This document shows positions 9,431 to 19,692 of a stretch of DNA of 57,137 nt, in pieces (position 1 is the first letter of the stretch; each line of letters opens with the position of its first letter). The DNA is from a virus (lineage: Duplodnaviria > Caudoviricetes), in the IMG/VR virus record IMGVR_UViG_3300044718_000101, positions 1-57,137 of that record; one strand, 5' to 3'. Below the pieces are notes generated by a model that did no database searches, had not been told where the DNA came from, and worked only from the letters and a program-made list of their open reading frames with translations. A program made the position numbers and the translations under genes.

Positions 9431-12100
9431 CTAAGAGGCTCTTCCAATAGCCGGCGTATTCTTCGTAAACATCGGGTAAGCCATGCTCGTCGTTTCGCCC
9501 ACATAAACCGCCGTGAACTTGGCCAGGTTCGCGTAAGACCGGGGATCATCACCCGCAGGCGTTCCGTCCACTGTCGTCTCCCATGCGATCTCATCAATCA
9601 AATAAGCGCCCAAACTCACAGGGTCGCCAAGCTTATAGGTCGCGCCCGAGTCCCATGGAGAATCCTTCGTGGCGATCATCACCAGCATGATAAAGTCGTC
9701 AACCCAGGTCGGCAACTGCCACTCGGCATCAAACAGATATCCACGATAAGCAACGCCGTCACGCGCATATTCGGTCCTAGCCATGATCTCAAGTTCGCCC
9801 GCCGTCGAAGCCATCGCGGTATGAGGCGGCCCAATCGTTTCGGATAGGTAGCCATTCTGGAAGTCAATCGAGCTCGGCAAAAGCGTTGCCGGATCAGGAG
9901 CGATGAAGGCCGTAAAACCATCCGCCCCAGGACCAGAGCCGCTAGCCCCGATCATCTTCAGATTGTTGTACTGCGCCCCGCGCATCGTGGGCTCAAGCTT
10001 GCCCGAGACGTTGTAATAGTAAGTCCCGTCAACCGCGTTCCACCGGTCGTCATCCTGCATCGTAGCCCCGTCGCTCTCACGCTCAGGCACACAAGCATCA
10101 GCCGTGAAGAACACCTTCGTAGGAACCACGGTCGGGTCGTATTCCGGGGTCAAATAGCAGTACCAGCCAACCCCAATATCCGAAATCGCCGCAACGCCGT
10201 TGGGAATCGAATTCCGGCGAACAAGCCGAATAGTGCGCTGGTCCCCGGTCTTCGACTGACAGCCGTAATGCTTAAAAAGCGAACGAAGCACGTCTCCGCA
10301 CTTAACGTCGCTCGCCATGTTCTTCCAGTCGTTGGCAGATTCAAAGCCCTGGATAAACAGGTTCATCAAAACCGGGTCGATAGAAACGGTTCCCGCGGCA
10401 AAGCCCGACCGAGTGATACAGTCCAGAATCACCGCCCCGTAAGCCTTGTTGTTGAGGCTCTGGAAGTGCGCCGCGCTGGTCCGGTTAAGGCAGCGCCACA
10501 GATCCTCAAACTCTGATTCGTCGGTATAGATAACGTTGTGCTTAGGCACCTTCTCGCCGCCTTCTAGCGTCTGAATCACCCCAACAGAGCCATCGTGGTT
10601 CGGGCGCAAGTGCAAAGCGTCACCCTCGAACACCGTAAACCCGTTGCGCTTGACAATGATCGGACCATCCGCCCGAAAAAGGTTGTCAGTATCCCCGCTC
10701 CGGTCCCACATCATTTCGAGCATGCCGACATCGGGCTTGGTCGAAAGCCGCCCGCTGATCTTGCGCCAAAGGCTAGAAATATCCCAGGTAGGCCAAGTAT
10801 CCGGGTCGGGAGTGAATATCTCCGGGGCTATCGCAATCGTGCTTCCCCAAATCTCGGGGGTATATCGTCCGTCGTCCGTAGGCGTCAGGGCGTATTGTAA
10901 AACCAGCTTCGTATCCGTCGCCGGTGTCCATGCGTTCGTTTGATCGTTCGTGAACGAAGGAACAATGCTTGAGCGCGAGCCATCGGGCGATTGACGGTTG
11001 ATCCCGTCCTCCCCGACCTCGGGCGTAGAGTTAGGTTTCGGCTCATCCAGCACTTCAGCGCAAAGCGTGATGTTGCAAGCCTTGTAACGGACCAGGATCG
11101 GGCAGAAATCAACGTTATAAGTCGTCTTCGGAACAGCGATCGCAAGCGCCGCCGCGCCCGTTATCTTGCGCAAATACTCCGGAGAGCCGTCCGGCTGTTG
11201 ACGGCTGAGTTTCGGAGGGTCGAAACCATGCTTACGGCACTCATAATGAAAGTTCCGGTGCATCATCGCTTTGGCCGCTGTCTTGGTCGACGTATCGCCC
11301 TGAGCGGCCTGCGAGAACGCAAACGACATCGCATCCACCCCGTTCGGGATGCAGGACACCATAAACGGCTTTCCCATGTCGATCCCCGCCGCCGTAAGGT
11401 TGAAGGTCTCGCGCTTAACGAAGTTCTGATTGGCCTGGGTGCCGATGTTTTGATACAGTTCGGCAACAGAACTGAGCTTCACGACAATAGCCCAAATCGC
11501 GCCATACATCACGCAGATCAGCGCCGGGTTACCATCCGCAATCGTCCCCGCAGAGTTGACCTGCACCGCCCATCCCTCATTATTGTTAAGTGGGTTTTGC
11601 GTCATCGCAACGGTGACCAGCCCGATTTTGTCAAGGCCAAGACCTGAATATCCAGGAGGCGGAGCAATCCCCGTCAAAGCGGCGTCACCGGGCGGGCGCG
11701 TCGTTATAAAGAGCGAAGGCTCTCCACCAAAGGTATCCGGCGCTTCCAGCAGTTCGAGCTCGGAGGTGTTTACAAACAGGTCCTCAAGGCGAATGAAGCT
11801 GTCGTGCCAATCCGGATTCGTCTTGATATCGTCGCTGAAGATGTTAGGCCGGCACATGACAACGCCGGTATCGGGGTCATGCCACCAGCCCGAACTAGTC
11901 GAAATCCCGTCGTCAAAAGGATGGTCAGGGTCCCAATGGCTAGGGTCCGCAGGCTGAACCGTTACCAGACCGCTGTCCGGATCGGTAACAAACGTGCCAC
12001 CAGTAAACGAGGATGCCACGCGCGACAAAGCCCAACCCTCCCGCCGGAGCGTCGGACGCGGCGGATAAAGGTGAACTTCAATCTCTTGAGTGCTAGCCAT
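9431..12100 (-). CDS. Putative tail hub/tip protein
   Basis: 889 aa, translationally coupled (TAATG) directly downstream of the tape measure gene. Confidence 0.6.
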   Translation of the reverse strand: MASTQEIEVHLYPPRPTLRREGWALSRVASSFTGGTFVTDPDSGLVTVQPADPSHWDPDHPFDDGISTSSGWWHDPDTGVVMCRPNIFSDDIKTNPDWHDSFIRLEDLFVNTSELELLEAPDTFGGEPSLFITTRPPGDAALTGIAPPPGYSGLGLDKIGLVTVAMTQNPLNNNEGWAVQVNSAGTIADGNPALICVMYGAIWAIVVKLSSVAELYQNIGTQANQNFVKRETFNLTAAGIDMGKPFMVSCIPNGVDAMSFAFSQAAQGDTSTKTAAKAMMHRNFHYECRKHGFDPPKLSRQQPDGSPEYLRKITGAAALAIAVPKTTYNVDFCPILVRYKACNITLCAEVLDEPKPNSTPEVGEDGINRQSPDGSRSSIVPSFTNDQTNAWTPATDTKLVLQYALTPTDDGRYTPEIWGSTIAIAPEIFTPDPDTWPTWDISSLWRKISGRLSTKPDVGMLEMMWDRSGDTDNLFRADGPIIVKRNGFTVFEGDALHLRPNHDGSVGVIQTLEGGEKVPKHNVIYTDESEFEDLWRCLNRTSAAHFQSLNNKAYGAVILDCITRSGFAAGTVSIDPVLMNLFIQGFESANDWKNMASDVKCGDVLRSLFKHYGCQSKTGDQRTIRLVRRNSIPNGVAAISDIGVGWYCYLTPEYDPTVVPTKVFFTADACVPERESDGATMQDDDRWNAVDGTYYYNVSGKLEPTMRGAQYNNLKMIGASGSGPGADGFTAFIAPDPATLLPSSIDFQNGYLSETIGPPHTAMASTAGELEIMARTEYARDGVAYRGYLFDAEWQLPTWVDDFIMLVMIATKDSPWDSGATYKLGDPVSLGAYLIDEIAWETTVDGTPAGDDPRSYANLAKFTAVYVGETTSMAYPMFTKNTPAIGRAS

Positions 12101-14538
12101 TACATTCCTGCCCGAGTGGCACGGGTAGCCGATTCTGCAGCCCGGTTATTCACGCTCGCATCTCGAATCGGAGCGATACCCTCGCCAAAGTAACGCTGAA
12201 GCAACCCTATGAGCTGCTTTGTAGCCGCACTGTCGGGATTCTGGTTATAGGTGGCCAGTGCCATGGTCTCAAGCTGCTTGCGGTCAATCGTTGCGCCGCC
12301 GTAAATGTGCGTCCAGTTCTTTTGGAATGCCTTGAAGTCCTCAGAGCGTCCATGCCATTTCTCAAATGCCGCCTTGCCTTCCTCGTTCTGCGCCGCTTTT
12401 CGTTGCGACCAATCCATTCCAAGTCCACCACCGCCAAGCCATGTCGGCATCTTGGCGAACAAACTTTCATCAGTGCCGAGAGTGTGATCAACCGTCGCTT
12501 CCTTAACCGCAACGGCCAAGAGTCCAACCTCAGCCAAAATAACGCCGATGCCGACCGTAGTGGCCGCAGTCGTCGCAGCCGCAGCGGTGCCAGCCACCGT
12601 AGCTCCACCCGATCCAGCAGCCGCCGCCCCAGCGCGGGCCGCCCATGAGGCCCTAGCAGCCTGAACGCCCCAGCCAACACCTTTCATTCCGACCAGACCA
12701 CCGGCGATACCAGCGCCTTGCTGAATCCAAGGGTTATCCGTAAAGTGTTCGGCTACTTTCTGCCCGACATAATCACCCGCCGCAAATCCCGCGATACCTA
12801 GGCCTGTGCCAACAATCCGACCACCAACACTCAGAACCTTTCCGCCAACGCCGCGAGCGATAGGCCCAAGGACCGGGAAGTTCTTCGCAGCGAAGCCCGT
12901 AGCCGCCACTGTGCCAACCGTAGCACCTGCAGCCTCGGCTTCTGCCACCGTCCTTCCAGCATCCAGTACCTTATTGCGTTCGTCAAGGGATGCGGAGGGA
13001 GTCGCAATGGGCAGTTCTTCTCCGTTAGGACCAAACCGCTTCGGAGACTTCATCACCTGGCCATCGGGGCCAAGCCGTCTGGGAGGTGGATGAACCGCGT
13101 CGGGGCTACCGTCGGCATTTCCAACACCGCCCTCAGCCTTGCCGCCAGATCCAGGAGGCGCACCGGTCAGGCCTGGAGGAGTTTCAGCCGGAGCCTTGCC
13201 GCCGCCATGCACCCCTTCTTCGGAAGGAGGAAATACGGTAGCCCCGCCACCCTTAGAACTGCCCCCAGACCCTCCGGGACCACCGGGCGCACCCTTTCCG
13301 CCCGGACCACCCGCTCCACCAACGCCGCCTGCAGCCCCCGCCGCTCCGCCTTCTTCTTCACCGCCAACAACGCCGCCCGCTCCACCGGACTTAGCCGACA
13401 TAGCAAGCACGTCCAGAGCCGCCGCAGCGTCAAGTGTAGCGACCGTGAACTTCGCAAGGCCAAGCTTTTGGGCAATAACCAGCGCCCCAATGAATATGGC
13501 GATCTGAGGCGCATATTCGACCAGCTTCTCGCCAAAGTCCAAGAGCTCCTGCGTTACTTGCTCGACTTGCTGGGGGTCAATAGACTTAATCCAGTCGGTA
13601 AGCTCTCCCGCAACCTTCGTTACTTCAGGCGCTAACTTTTCACCGATCGCGGGCAAGAGGTCAGTCTCGATAACGTTCTTGAGTCGCTGAATCGAAGCCG
13701 AAGCCTGCCCTGCTTGCTCATCTAAGAACTTCTGGTTCTTCGGGTCCTTTCCATACTCCAGGAGAGCCGCAGCCGCTTCCTTGAATGAAATCTGGGCGTT
13801 ATCGCCAATCCCGGTCGGCTTAGCTGAAAGACGCCTTTCGAACAACTTGATCAAGTTCTCGAATATGGGCTTGAGCTGGACTTGATCGTTAGCAAGCGCC
13901 CGCATTGTCCGCCGGTCCAAATGGCCGATAGATGCCATTTCCGCAAACTCGCGAAATGCCCGTGTGGTCTGCTGACTATCTGCCCCAGACTCAGCCGCAA
14001 CAGCAGAAAACGCCCTGAGCAGCGGCACTAGATCGTCAGCGCCGACCTCTTTCGTTCCTGCGAGCTTGGCCACGCCGGGCCGCATAGCGTTGATGTCGAG
14101 GCCCTGCTTGAAAGCGAAGTCCTCAGTCTGCTTCTCAATGCGCTTAGCGTTGTCTGGTCCAACATTGAACCGAAGCATCCGGTCGAAGGCGCGCTTACGC
14201 TCAAGCGACTCAATCGCCGCCATTCCGAGCTCAGCGCCACCCCGCAACGCAAAAATGCCCGCAGTCACACTCCCAATGGCCGAAACCAAATTGAGCATGT
14301 GACCACGGGCATACACTGCGTCGTCAGCAAGCATCCGGATCGGACGTCTGCCGTAGAGTCTGTTTAGTTGATTGTTTACATTTGAAACACCGCGCGCAAC
14401 CTCTTCCTGGGAAGAAGCCATGCGCTGATTCTCTGTATGAACACCACGGATACCGGCCTTGACCTCTTCAAGCCCGGCCCGCACTCCTCGTACGTCCTGA
14501 AGGGCCACGCGGATTGCGAGTAGTGTTGCTTCATCCAT
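12100..14538 (-). CDS. Tail tape measure protein
   Basis: Ala/Gly-rich helical 812 aa; follows the frameshifting tail chaperone. Confidence 0.85.
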   Translation of the reverse strand: MDEATLLAIRVALQDVRGVRAGLEEVKAGIRGVHTENQRMASSQEEVARGVSNVNNQLNRLYGRRPIRMLADDAVYARGHMLNLVSAIGSVTAGIFALRGGAELGMAAIESLERKRAFDRMLRFNVGPDNAKRIEKQTEDFAFKQGLDINAMRPGVAKLAGTKEVGADDLVPLLRAFSAVAAESGADSQQTTRAFREFAEMASIGHLDRRTMRALANDQVQLKPIFENLIKLFERRLSAKPTGIGDNAQISFKEAAAALLEYGKDPKNQKFLDEQAGQASASIQRLKNVIETDLLPAIGEKLAPEVTKVAGELTDWIKSIDPQQVEQVTQELLDFGEKLVEYAPQIAIFIGALVIAQKLGLAKFTVATLDAAAALDVLAMSAKSGGAGGVVGGEEEGGAAGAAGGVGGAGGPGGKGAPGGPGGSGGSSKGGGATVFPPSEEGVHGGGKAPAETPPGLTGAPPGSGGKAEGGVGNADGSPDAVHPPPRRLGPDGQVMKSPKRFGPNGEELPIATPSASLDERNKVLDAGRTVAEAEAAGATVGTVAATGFAAKNFPVLGPIARGVGGKVLSVGGRIVGTGLGIAGFAAGDYVGQKVAEHFTDNPWIQQGAGIAGGLVGMKGVGWGVQAARASWAARAGAAAAGSGGATVAGTAAAATTAATTVGIGVILAEVGLLAVAVKEATVDHTLGTDESLFAKMPTWLGGGGLGMDWSQRKAAQNEEGKAAFEKWHGRSEDFKAFQKNWTHIYGGATIDRKQLETMALATYNQNPDSAATKQLIGLLQRYFGEGIAPIRDASVNNRAAESATRATRAGM

Positions 14539-15356
14539 CTATTTCTTTCCGGCGGTTGCCTTATGCTTGCGCCACACGCGCATCTCTGCCTTATGCTGTT
14601 GATAGGCAATATTTAGTCTTCGAATGATTTCCTGCGGCGTCCATCCATCCCGGTAGAGCTTGCCGGGTGAGTCAATCCCGGCTTTCCAGGCCCAATATTC
14701 TAGGTCTGAGCGTGCTCTTTCGAATGGGCCGCCAAGGAGTTTCCCGCTGCGTTCTCCAGCAGTTCGTCTAGGTCGTCGGGATCGTCTGCCAACGACTCCC
14801 CGCCGTCAAGCTTAAAGTCACGAAGAGCGAGAGCCGTAGCGTTCTTGATACGAACACGAACTTCATTGATTTCTTTAGGGTTCTGCCTTTTGAGCGCCTT
14901 CGTAAGCTCGTGGCAAAGCTGCTCCACGTAAAGCCAAGCGCCCTGCCCGCTATTGCGCGGAACTTCCATAACTCCAAGCACTTCCAGCGCAGCGTTGGTG
15001 AGAAGCTGAAACAGCAAGGGCTCACTGTCATAAATCGCGTAGATCGTTTGACGGCTTAACGGCTCTTGGCCTTCGCCGGGAACGTAAGTCGCTTCAATCG
15101 CGAGGACATTCTCGTAAATGTCAGGATCATAGGGCAGTATCTTGCCGCTCTTATGCTGTCGATTGTTGATTCGTGCATTTTGCGACGAGGCGAGCACCTT
15201 GTCCGTATGCTTGGGAAACATGATCCGAAAGAAGTCGTCGCCATTGGGGATACCCGCAAGCTTGATCTCCTTCCCTTTATAAACGATGGTTTGTTCGCGC
15301 AGTTGTTTAGGCTGCGCGAACTCCATCAGGTCGTTGGGTTGCAAGTCTTTGCTCAT
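14539..15356 (-). CDS. Tail assembly chaperone, -1 frameshifted long form (gpGT-like)
   Basis: G GGA AAC slippery heptamer at 14739-14745; -1 frame open to TAG at 14539-14541, adjacent to the tape measure ATG. Confidence 0.8.
14700..15356 (-). CDS. Tail assembly chaperone (gpG-like)
   Basis: Between major tail and tape measure genes; slippery site near the 3' end. Confidence 0.8.
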   Translation of the reverse strand: MSKDLQPNDLMEFAQPKQLREQTIVYKGKEIKLAGIPNGDDFFRIMFPKHTDKVLASSQNARINNRQHKSGKILPYDPDIYENVLAIEATYVPGEGQEPLSRQTIYAIYDSEPLLFQLLTNAALEVLGVMEVPRNSGQGAWLYVEQLCHELTKALKRQNPKEINEVRVRIKNATALALRDFKLDGGESLADDPDDLDELLENAAGNSLAAHSKEHAQT

Positions 15357-15359
15357 AGA

Positions 15360-15920
15360 CTAGGTTCCGTGAGTCGCGATCCGAGCGTCATCAAAAGACG
15401 GATCGGCAAGACCGGTAAAGCTGTTGCCATAGTCGTCCGTGTAGGCATCCGTCGGAACGACGAGCATCGGTACTCGCCCGTAGGCTTCTACCTTCCCATG
15501 AATGACACCGGGCCCCGCGTCAACCAGCAGCTTCACGTCAGGTAGCGCCATGCGCCCCTGAATGAGCCACTGCTGCACGTCGTCGGCATCCGTCTGGTTG
15601 GCCTGCGTGGTGATGAACTGGCAAAGCGGCCCTTCTTTCAGGTACTTGGCCATGAGCCGCGAGGGATGCTCCAGCTTAATGTCAAACTCAAGCTCCGTAG
15701 CCTGCTTGACGAAGCGCATCTTCTTCATGGCTTCCATGCCACCGCTGAAGTCCTTGGTCTCTTCACCGCCTTTGAAGTCCAGATTGTCAAACTTCAAGAC
15801 GTTGATTGCCACGTTGGTCGTCGTGCCGCTCGGCCAAGCGCCGGTATCGGCCCCAACAAACAATAGGGCCACGCTGCACTCTTCGGGGTTTGTAACTACT
15901 ACTCTTCCGCCACTGCTCAA
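15360..15920 (-). CDS. Putative major tail (tube) protein
   Basis: Strong AGGAGG RBS with TTG start; 186 aa; syntenic position. Confidence 0.65.
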   Translation of the reverse strand: MSSGGRVVVTNPEECSVALLFVGADTGAWPSGTTTNVAINVLKFDNLDFKGGEETKDFSGGMEAMKKMRFVKQATELEFDIKLEHPSRLMAKYLKEGPLCQFITTQANQTDADDVQQWLIQGRMALPDVKLLVDAGPGVIHGKVEAYGRVPMLVVPTDAYTDDYGNSFTGLADPSFDDARIATHGT

Positions 15921-15951
15921 TGTCTTATCCTCCTAGGAAACAAATGGCCCC

Positions 15952-16419
15952 TCAACGCGGAACCTCAACGACGATTCGATACATGCCACCCGCGCGGCGC
16001 CATTGGTCTTTCCCGATATTTCGAGGCAGACCTGGCACCGTAGAAACCCGCGTGCAGCAAACTGGATAACCACCGACCAAAGCTTTCAGCCCCTGCGGAC
16101 CGCCAAGCGCCTGGTCGATTTGAAGAGCGATGTCGAAAGGGTCGTTCTGGTCCTGAACCCAACCGACAACGCAATAGGTAAAAATCGAGTGATAACGCAT
16201 GCCCTGCGAACCGGGTTCGTTATTGTTCACAAGCTCAAAAACAACGCACCTAAGCTTGTCAACCCCGTTCGGAATCGCCCCGTTAAAAATGCACTTCCCC
16301 GACCCAGCGTCGATGAAGCTAGGCCGGTCATCAATAATCGCGGTAAGAGCCGAAAACCCAGAGAGCGCATTATAAAGGAACCGCTCCGCCGCCTGTTGCT
16401 CAGTGATAGTTGCAGCCAT
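15952..16419 (-). CDS. Putative tail terminator/completion protein
   Basis: Synteny; LYNALSG..LTAII N-terminus typical of DUF3168-like proteins. Confidence 0.6.
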   Translation of the reverse strand: MAATITEQQAAERFLYNALSGFSALTAIIDDRPSFIDAGSGKCIFNGAIPNGVDKLRCVVFELVNNNEPGSQGMRYHSIFTYCVVGWVQDQNDPFDIALQIDQALGGPQGLKALVGGYPVCCTRVSTVPGLPRNIGKDQWRRAGGMYRIVVEVPR

Positions 16420-16490
16420 AAGAAATCAGGGGAGGAGAACGCGAACAACGAGAATCAAAACACTGCAAGCTGAAAGCCGCAAACTGCCAA

Positions 16491-17054
16491 CTATGCAGCA
16501 GCAGCCTTAGCGCGATTAATAGCCCGAGTCCGCTTACTTCGATAGACCCGCAAAGATTCCTTAATCGCCCACTCAACCCGCGCCTTGAAGAACGGCTTAA
16601 GCTCAAGGCCGGTATCGTTCATGTAGTAATAACCGGGCGAGTAAGTAGCGATCTTTCCGGGCTTCAGGCGAACACCGATCCGTCCAGCGCGAGAGCCGAT
16701 CCGCTCCGTATTTCCCCGCGTGTGAAACGACCCGTACTCGATCAGAGTCGAGTAGGAAGCACCGGAAGCAATAATGCCAACCCAGGGGTCATCAGGGGTC
16801 AAAGGAGGCGGCAAGAACCGTGCTTTGGGATTCTTGCCCGCCGCCTCGTTCGTAGCCGCCAAAAAGCCATTGTGACGCTGCGAGACAAAGTAAATGGAAT
16901 CCTGAAGAAAGCCGGTATCCACCGGGACTTTCCCCTTCGCCATCACGACCCCGAAAGCAAGCGTCTCGTCAAGTGCCTGGACAAGACGCTTCTCAAGTTC
17001 CGCCAGCATAAAGTCCAGCGGCTCAAGATCAATCGCGGTCGTAATCTTGACCAT
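16491..17054 (-). CDS. HK97 gp10-like tail completion protein
   Basis: AKGKVPVDTGFLQDSI and Y..LIEYGS motifs. Confidence 0.85.
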   Translation of the reverse strand: MVKITTAIDLEPLDFMLAELEKRLVQALDETLAFGVVMAKGKVPVDTGFLQDSIYFVSQRHNGFLAATNEAAGKNPKARFLPPPLTPDDPWVGIIASGASYSTLIEYGSFHTRGNTERIGSRAGRIGVRLKPGKIATYSPGYYYMNDTGLELKPFFKARVEWAIKESLRVYRSKRTRAINRAKAAAA

Positions 17055-17225
17055 CTACTCAGTCTTGACTTCAGGCTCAATCTTCGGAGCAGACTTAGCC
17101 GCCGGCGTTTTCTTCTTAGCAGCAGGACGATCGCCCCGTGAAGCAGCAGGAGCCGCCGGTACGACTTCGCTAGCATGGCGGTGGATCTTGGTAAAGTCAG
17201 TGATTTGTGTTGTGTGATGTAGCAT
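17055..17225 (-). CDS. 56-aa Ala/Lys/Pro-rich small protein (not in ORF track)
   Basis: Fills the gap; AGGAAG RBS; TAG abuts next ATG; MLHHTTQITDFTKIHRHASEVVPAAPAASRGDRPAAKKKTPAAKSAPKIEPEVKTE. Confidence 0.5.
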   Translation of the reverse strand: MLHHTTQITDFTKIHRHASEVVPAAPAASRGDRPAAKKKTPAAKSAPKIEPEVKTE

Positions 17226-17236
17226 GGTGTTTCTTC

Positions 17237-17632
17237 CTATTGGATTTCTAACATGACTGCGGCCCCGCAGGAACCGACATAGGTAGCAAGCTCGATCTCG
17301 GTAGCCTTGAACTCGATTCCGCCGATAAGGAACTTCATAGTCCCGTCGATCACAAGGTCATGCCGAAACTGAATCGTAGCTTCCGTCCGCTGCCGCTCAC
17401 CGCCAGCCTCTGGAGCGATCTCGTCACGAACGCGGCGCTGCAGAATAGGCTTGATCTGGCAAGGTGCATAACCAAGACCCTCGGGGTACAAGTCGGTAGC
17501 CTCGATCCAGCCCTGAACAATGCCGCCTTCGGGAGTGGTTGTATCCAGTGGCTCGAAAATGAGCATCTGGTCCTTCATCCACCCCTCAGCATGGGCTCTC
17601 AAAGCAGCAATATCGGCGTCAGAAAATGGCAT
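17237..17632 (-). CDS. Head closure/head-tail joining protein
   Basis: Synteny; TTPEGGIVQGW loop typical of gp16-like stoppers. Confidence 0.6.
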   Translation of the reverse strand: MPFSDADIAALRAHAEGWMKDQMLIFEPLDTTTPEGGIVQGWIEATDLYPEGLGYAPCQIKPILQRRVRDEIAPEAGGERQRTEATIQFRHDLVIDGTMKFLIGGIEFKATEIELATYVGSCGAAVMLEIQ

Positions 17633-17633
17633 G

Positions 17634-18320
17634 CTAAATCCCCAACTCGCGCAACTTGTAATCCTTTATCACGGCATTGGCATCCTTGACCCATCCTGAG
17701 CCAGCGCCTGCGATCGTGGCATAAACCGTTTCCTCATCCTTGGTTTTCATCGACTTGTAAGCCTGGGTATTTCGGCCTTCCATGATCGATGTCATCGCGA
17801 TCGAAGCGCCAAGAGCGAGGCAACACTTCCAGACATCTTCAGGCACCTCGTCGGAATAGCCCCACCGGCCGGTTACCTTCACCGACTGGGTTTGCCGCGC
17901 CGCATAGAGCGGCTGATGCACGATATAGAAAGGCTCTAGAAGCTGTACATATCGCCACGGCTCCCCAATCACGGGAGCATTGGCAGGAGTGAGAACAAAG
18001 TCACGCCCCTGAACGAGCAGAACACCATCCGGATTGTCGTAGGTGACATCCATATAGATGCTGGTCAATGAGAGCAACCCGGCATCAAGATCGATCACTG
18101 CCCCGCTGATCCCGCGACTTCCCTCCATGGCCGGTGGGTTAAAAGAACGCTCGACATCGGAAGCGTCTTTGAGGAACGGTCTGCGGCGGGTACGGCGTTC
18201 GAATTCTCGTTGAGACTTGACGCCGTAACCCACCCAGCTAAAGCCCGAAGGCACAATAACGCCCGCGCCAGTCACAAACGTGGTGATGTCGCTATCTTCG
18301 GGGAATGTCGTATGTGACAT
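17634..18320 (-). CDS. Head-tail connector (adaptor) protein
   Basis: VKVTGRWGYS..VPEDV motif; synteny. Confidence 0.7.
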   Translation of the reverse strand: MSHTTFPEDSDITTFVTGAGVIVPSGFSWVGYGVKSQREFERRTRRRPFLKDASDVERSFNPPAMEGSRGISGAVIDLDAGLLSLTSIYMDVTYDNPDGVLLVQGRDFVLTPANAPVIGEPWRYVQLLEPFYIVHQPLYAARQTQSVKVTGRWGYSDEVPEDVWKCCLALGASIAMTSIMEGRNTQAYKSMKTKDEETVYATIAGAGSGWVKDANAVIKDYKLRELGI

Positions 18321-18322
18321 GG

Positions 18323-18820
18323 CTATTTCTTAGGCTTGGCCTGTGCCTTTGGCTTGGGTTTCGGCTTGGCGACAGGGGCTTGAGTTGGCGCAGCGGCAGG
18401 AACGGCCGTCTGGACGGGCGATGTTGAATCAGTGCTTTCCTTTACGCCGGTTGCCTCCTCGCTTTTCTGGGCGGATGCGCCTTGAGCATTCGATTCGGAA
18501 TCGACTGGGCCCGTTCCCAAAGTGATCACCTTGTTTTCTTGCTGCACGTCTTCGGTCTGCGCTTCTTCAACCTGGACCGGATCGACAATGCCCAGTTCGA
18601 CAGCACGGCTCATCAAAATTCCGCCCTTTTCGGAGCAAAGAAGGATATGCCGGTTCGGGTCGTTCGCTTCTACAACGCAGCCCTGCTTGTCCAAGTACAA
18701 GCGCCGGCCAGGAAAATATTTCTTATTCATAGCTGAACTCTCAAATAAATCGATAGGCTTACAAGTGGTCGGAGAGCCGCAACTGCAACTCTCCACACCA
18801 CAAATGAAGCATCCGGGCAT
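18323..18820 (-). CDS. Hypothetical head-region protein
   Basis: TAATG coupling; Cys-rich N-terminus, low-complexity Lys/Pro tail; alternative start at 18730. Confidence 0.5.
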   Translation of the reverse strand: MPGCFICGVESCSCGSPTTCKPIDLFESSAMNKKYFPGRRLYLDKQGCVVEANDPNRHILLCSEKGGILMSRAVELGIVDPVQVEEAQTEDVQQENKVITLGTGPVDSESNAQGASAQKSEEATGVKESTDSTSPVQTAVPAAAPTQAPVAKPKPKPKAQAKPKK

Positions 18821-19227
18821 TAAAGGATAACGCCGGACAATCGAAGCGCGGCGAGGAGTGCGTTAACTTTCGCCTCTAGCCCGTCAAGGCGTGCCTCGAT
18901 ATTGGGAACCATATTGGCCCCAGATAGATAGGTCACAACCGCTGCAAGGTCCGCAAAGGTCCCCGGAACAGCCGTGATATTGGTCGTAGCAGCCAGATTT
19001 GCAACATCTGCCTGCTGAGTCACTACCATAACCAGCGCCCACGTCGGGGATACCTTCGTGTTCGTGTTCTGGTAGAGCTTGGCGTTAGTCGTATCGATCA
19101 TCAGGGCACCGGGCCCTGCAATCCCCGCGAGCGTTCCTGAAGTGCCGTTCACAGGCACGCCCGGGTTCTCGAACAAGGGGGTATCGTTCTGTCGACCGAG
19201 GCCCCTTGCTGGATCGGCGTAAGGCAT
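18820..19227 (-). CDS. Putative head fibre/decoration protein
   Basis: KVNALLAALRLSGVI C-terminus typical of head-fibre proteins; coupled start at 19227. Confidence 0.55.
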   Translation of the reverse strand: MPYADPARGLGRQNDTPLFENPGVPVNGTSGTLAGIAGPGALMIDTTNAKLYQNTNTKVSPTWALVMVVTQQADVANLAATTNITAVPGTFADLAAVVTYLSGANMVPNIEARLDGLEAKVNALLAALRLSGVIL

Positions 19228-19601
19228 TAAGCTTCCGCCGTCCACGAACCCGTGTAACCATAGACAGCCCAGTTAGAGCCACCCATGCACGAAAGACGCA
19301 CCGTCTCGCCAACAGCATCGGCCCATAGGTATTTACCGGCAGCACCCGGAACACCATTAGAAGGCAAGCTGATCGTGTCAGTGCCATTGGGATCGACACG
19401 GAGCTGCTGAGCGGTCCGCACGGCAAAGTCGAACCACAAGCCATCCTCTGCAGGGGGCAGCGTCAGCGTCACCGCGCCAGCGGCTCCGAAGTTGTTAAAG
19501 CATGATCCGCACTCACCGGCAAGGATCACATAATCGGCAACGTTGTGCGCAACTCTGCGAGGAGCGTGGCCGTTAGTTGTTCTCAAATCAGGGGTAGGCA
19601 T
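19227..19601 (-). CDS. Putative capsid decoration protein
   Basis: Immediately after the capsid gene; AAGAVTLTLPPA..GL motif; AAGGAGG RBS. Confidence 0.55.
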   Translation of the reverse strand: MPTPDLRTTNGHAPRRVAHNVADYVILAGECGSCFNNFGAAGAVTLTLPPAEDGLWFDFAVRTAQQLRVDPNGTDTISLPSNGVPGAAGKYLWADAVGETVRLSCMGGSNWAVYGYTGSWTAEA

Positions 19602-19692
19602 TGATCTTCCTCCTTAGGAAGCAGATAAGAAAAATGGAGTCAGGCCAGGACGGCTATAACGCCGCCCTGACAATCTAGTTGGGAGCCTTTAT

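Noticed and set aside
1555-12100. Diversity-generating retroelement or invertible tail-fibre cassette
   Set aside because: No reverse transcriptase or invertase; the fibre duplication differs at all base types, not only adenines
13100-13400. Collagen triple-helix domain in the tape measure
   Set aside because: G-X-Y periodicity holds for only a few triplets
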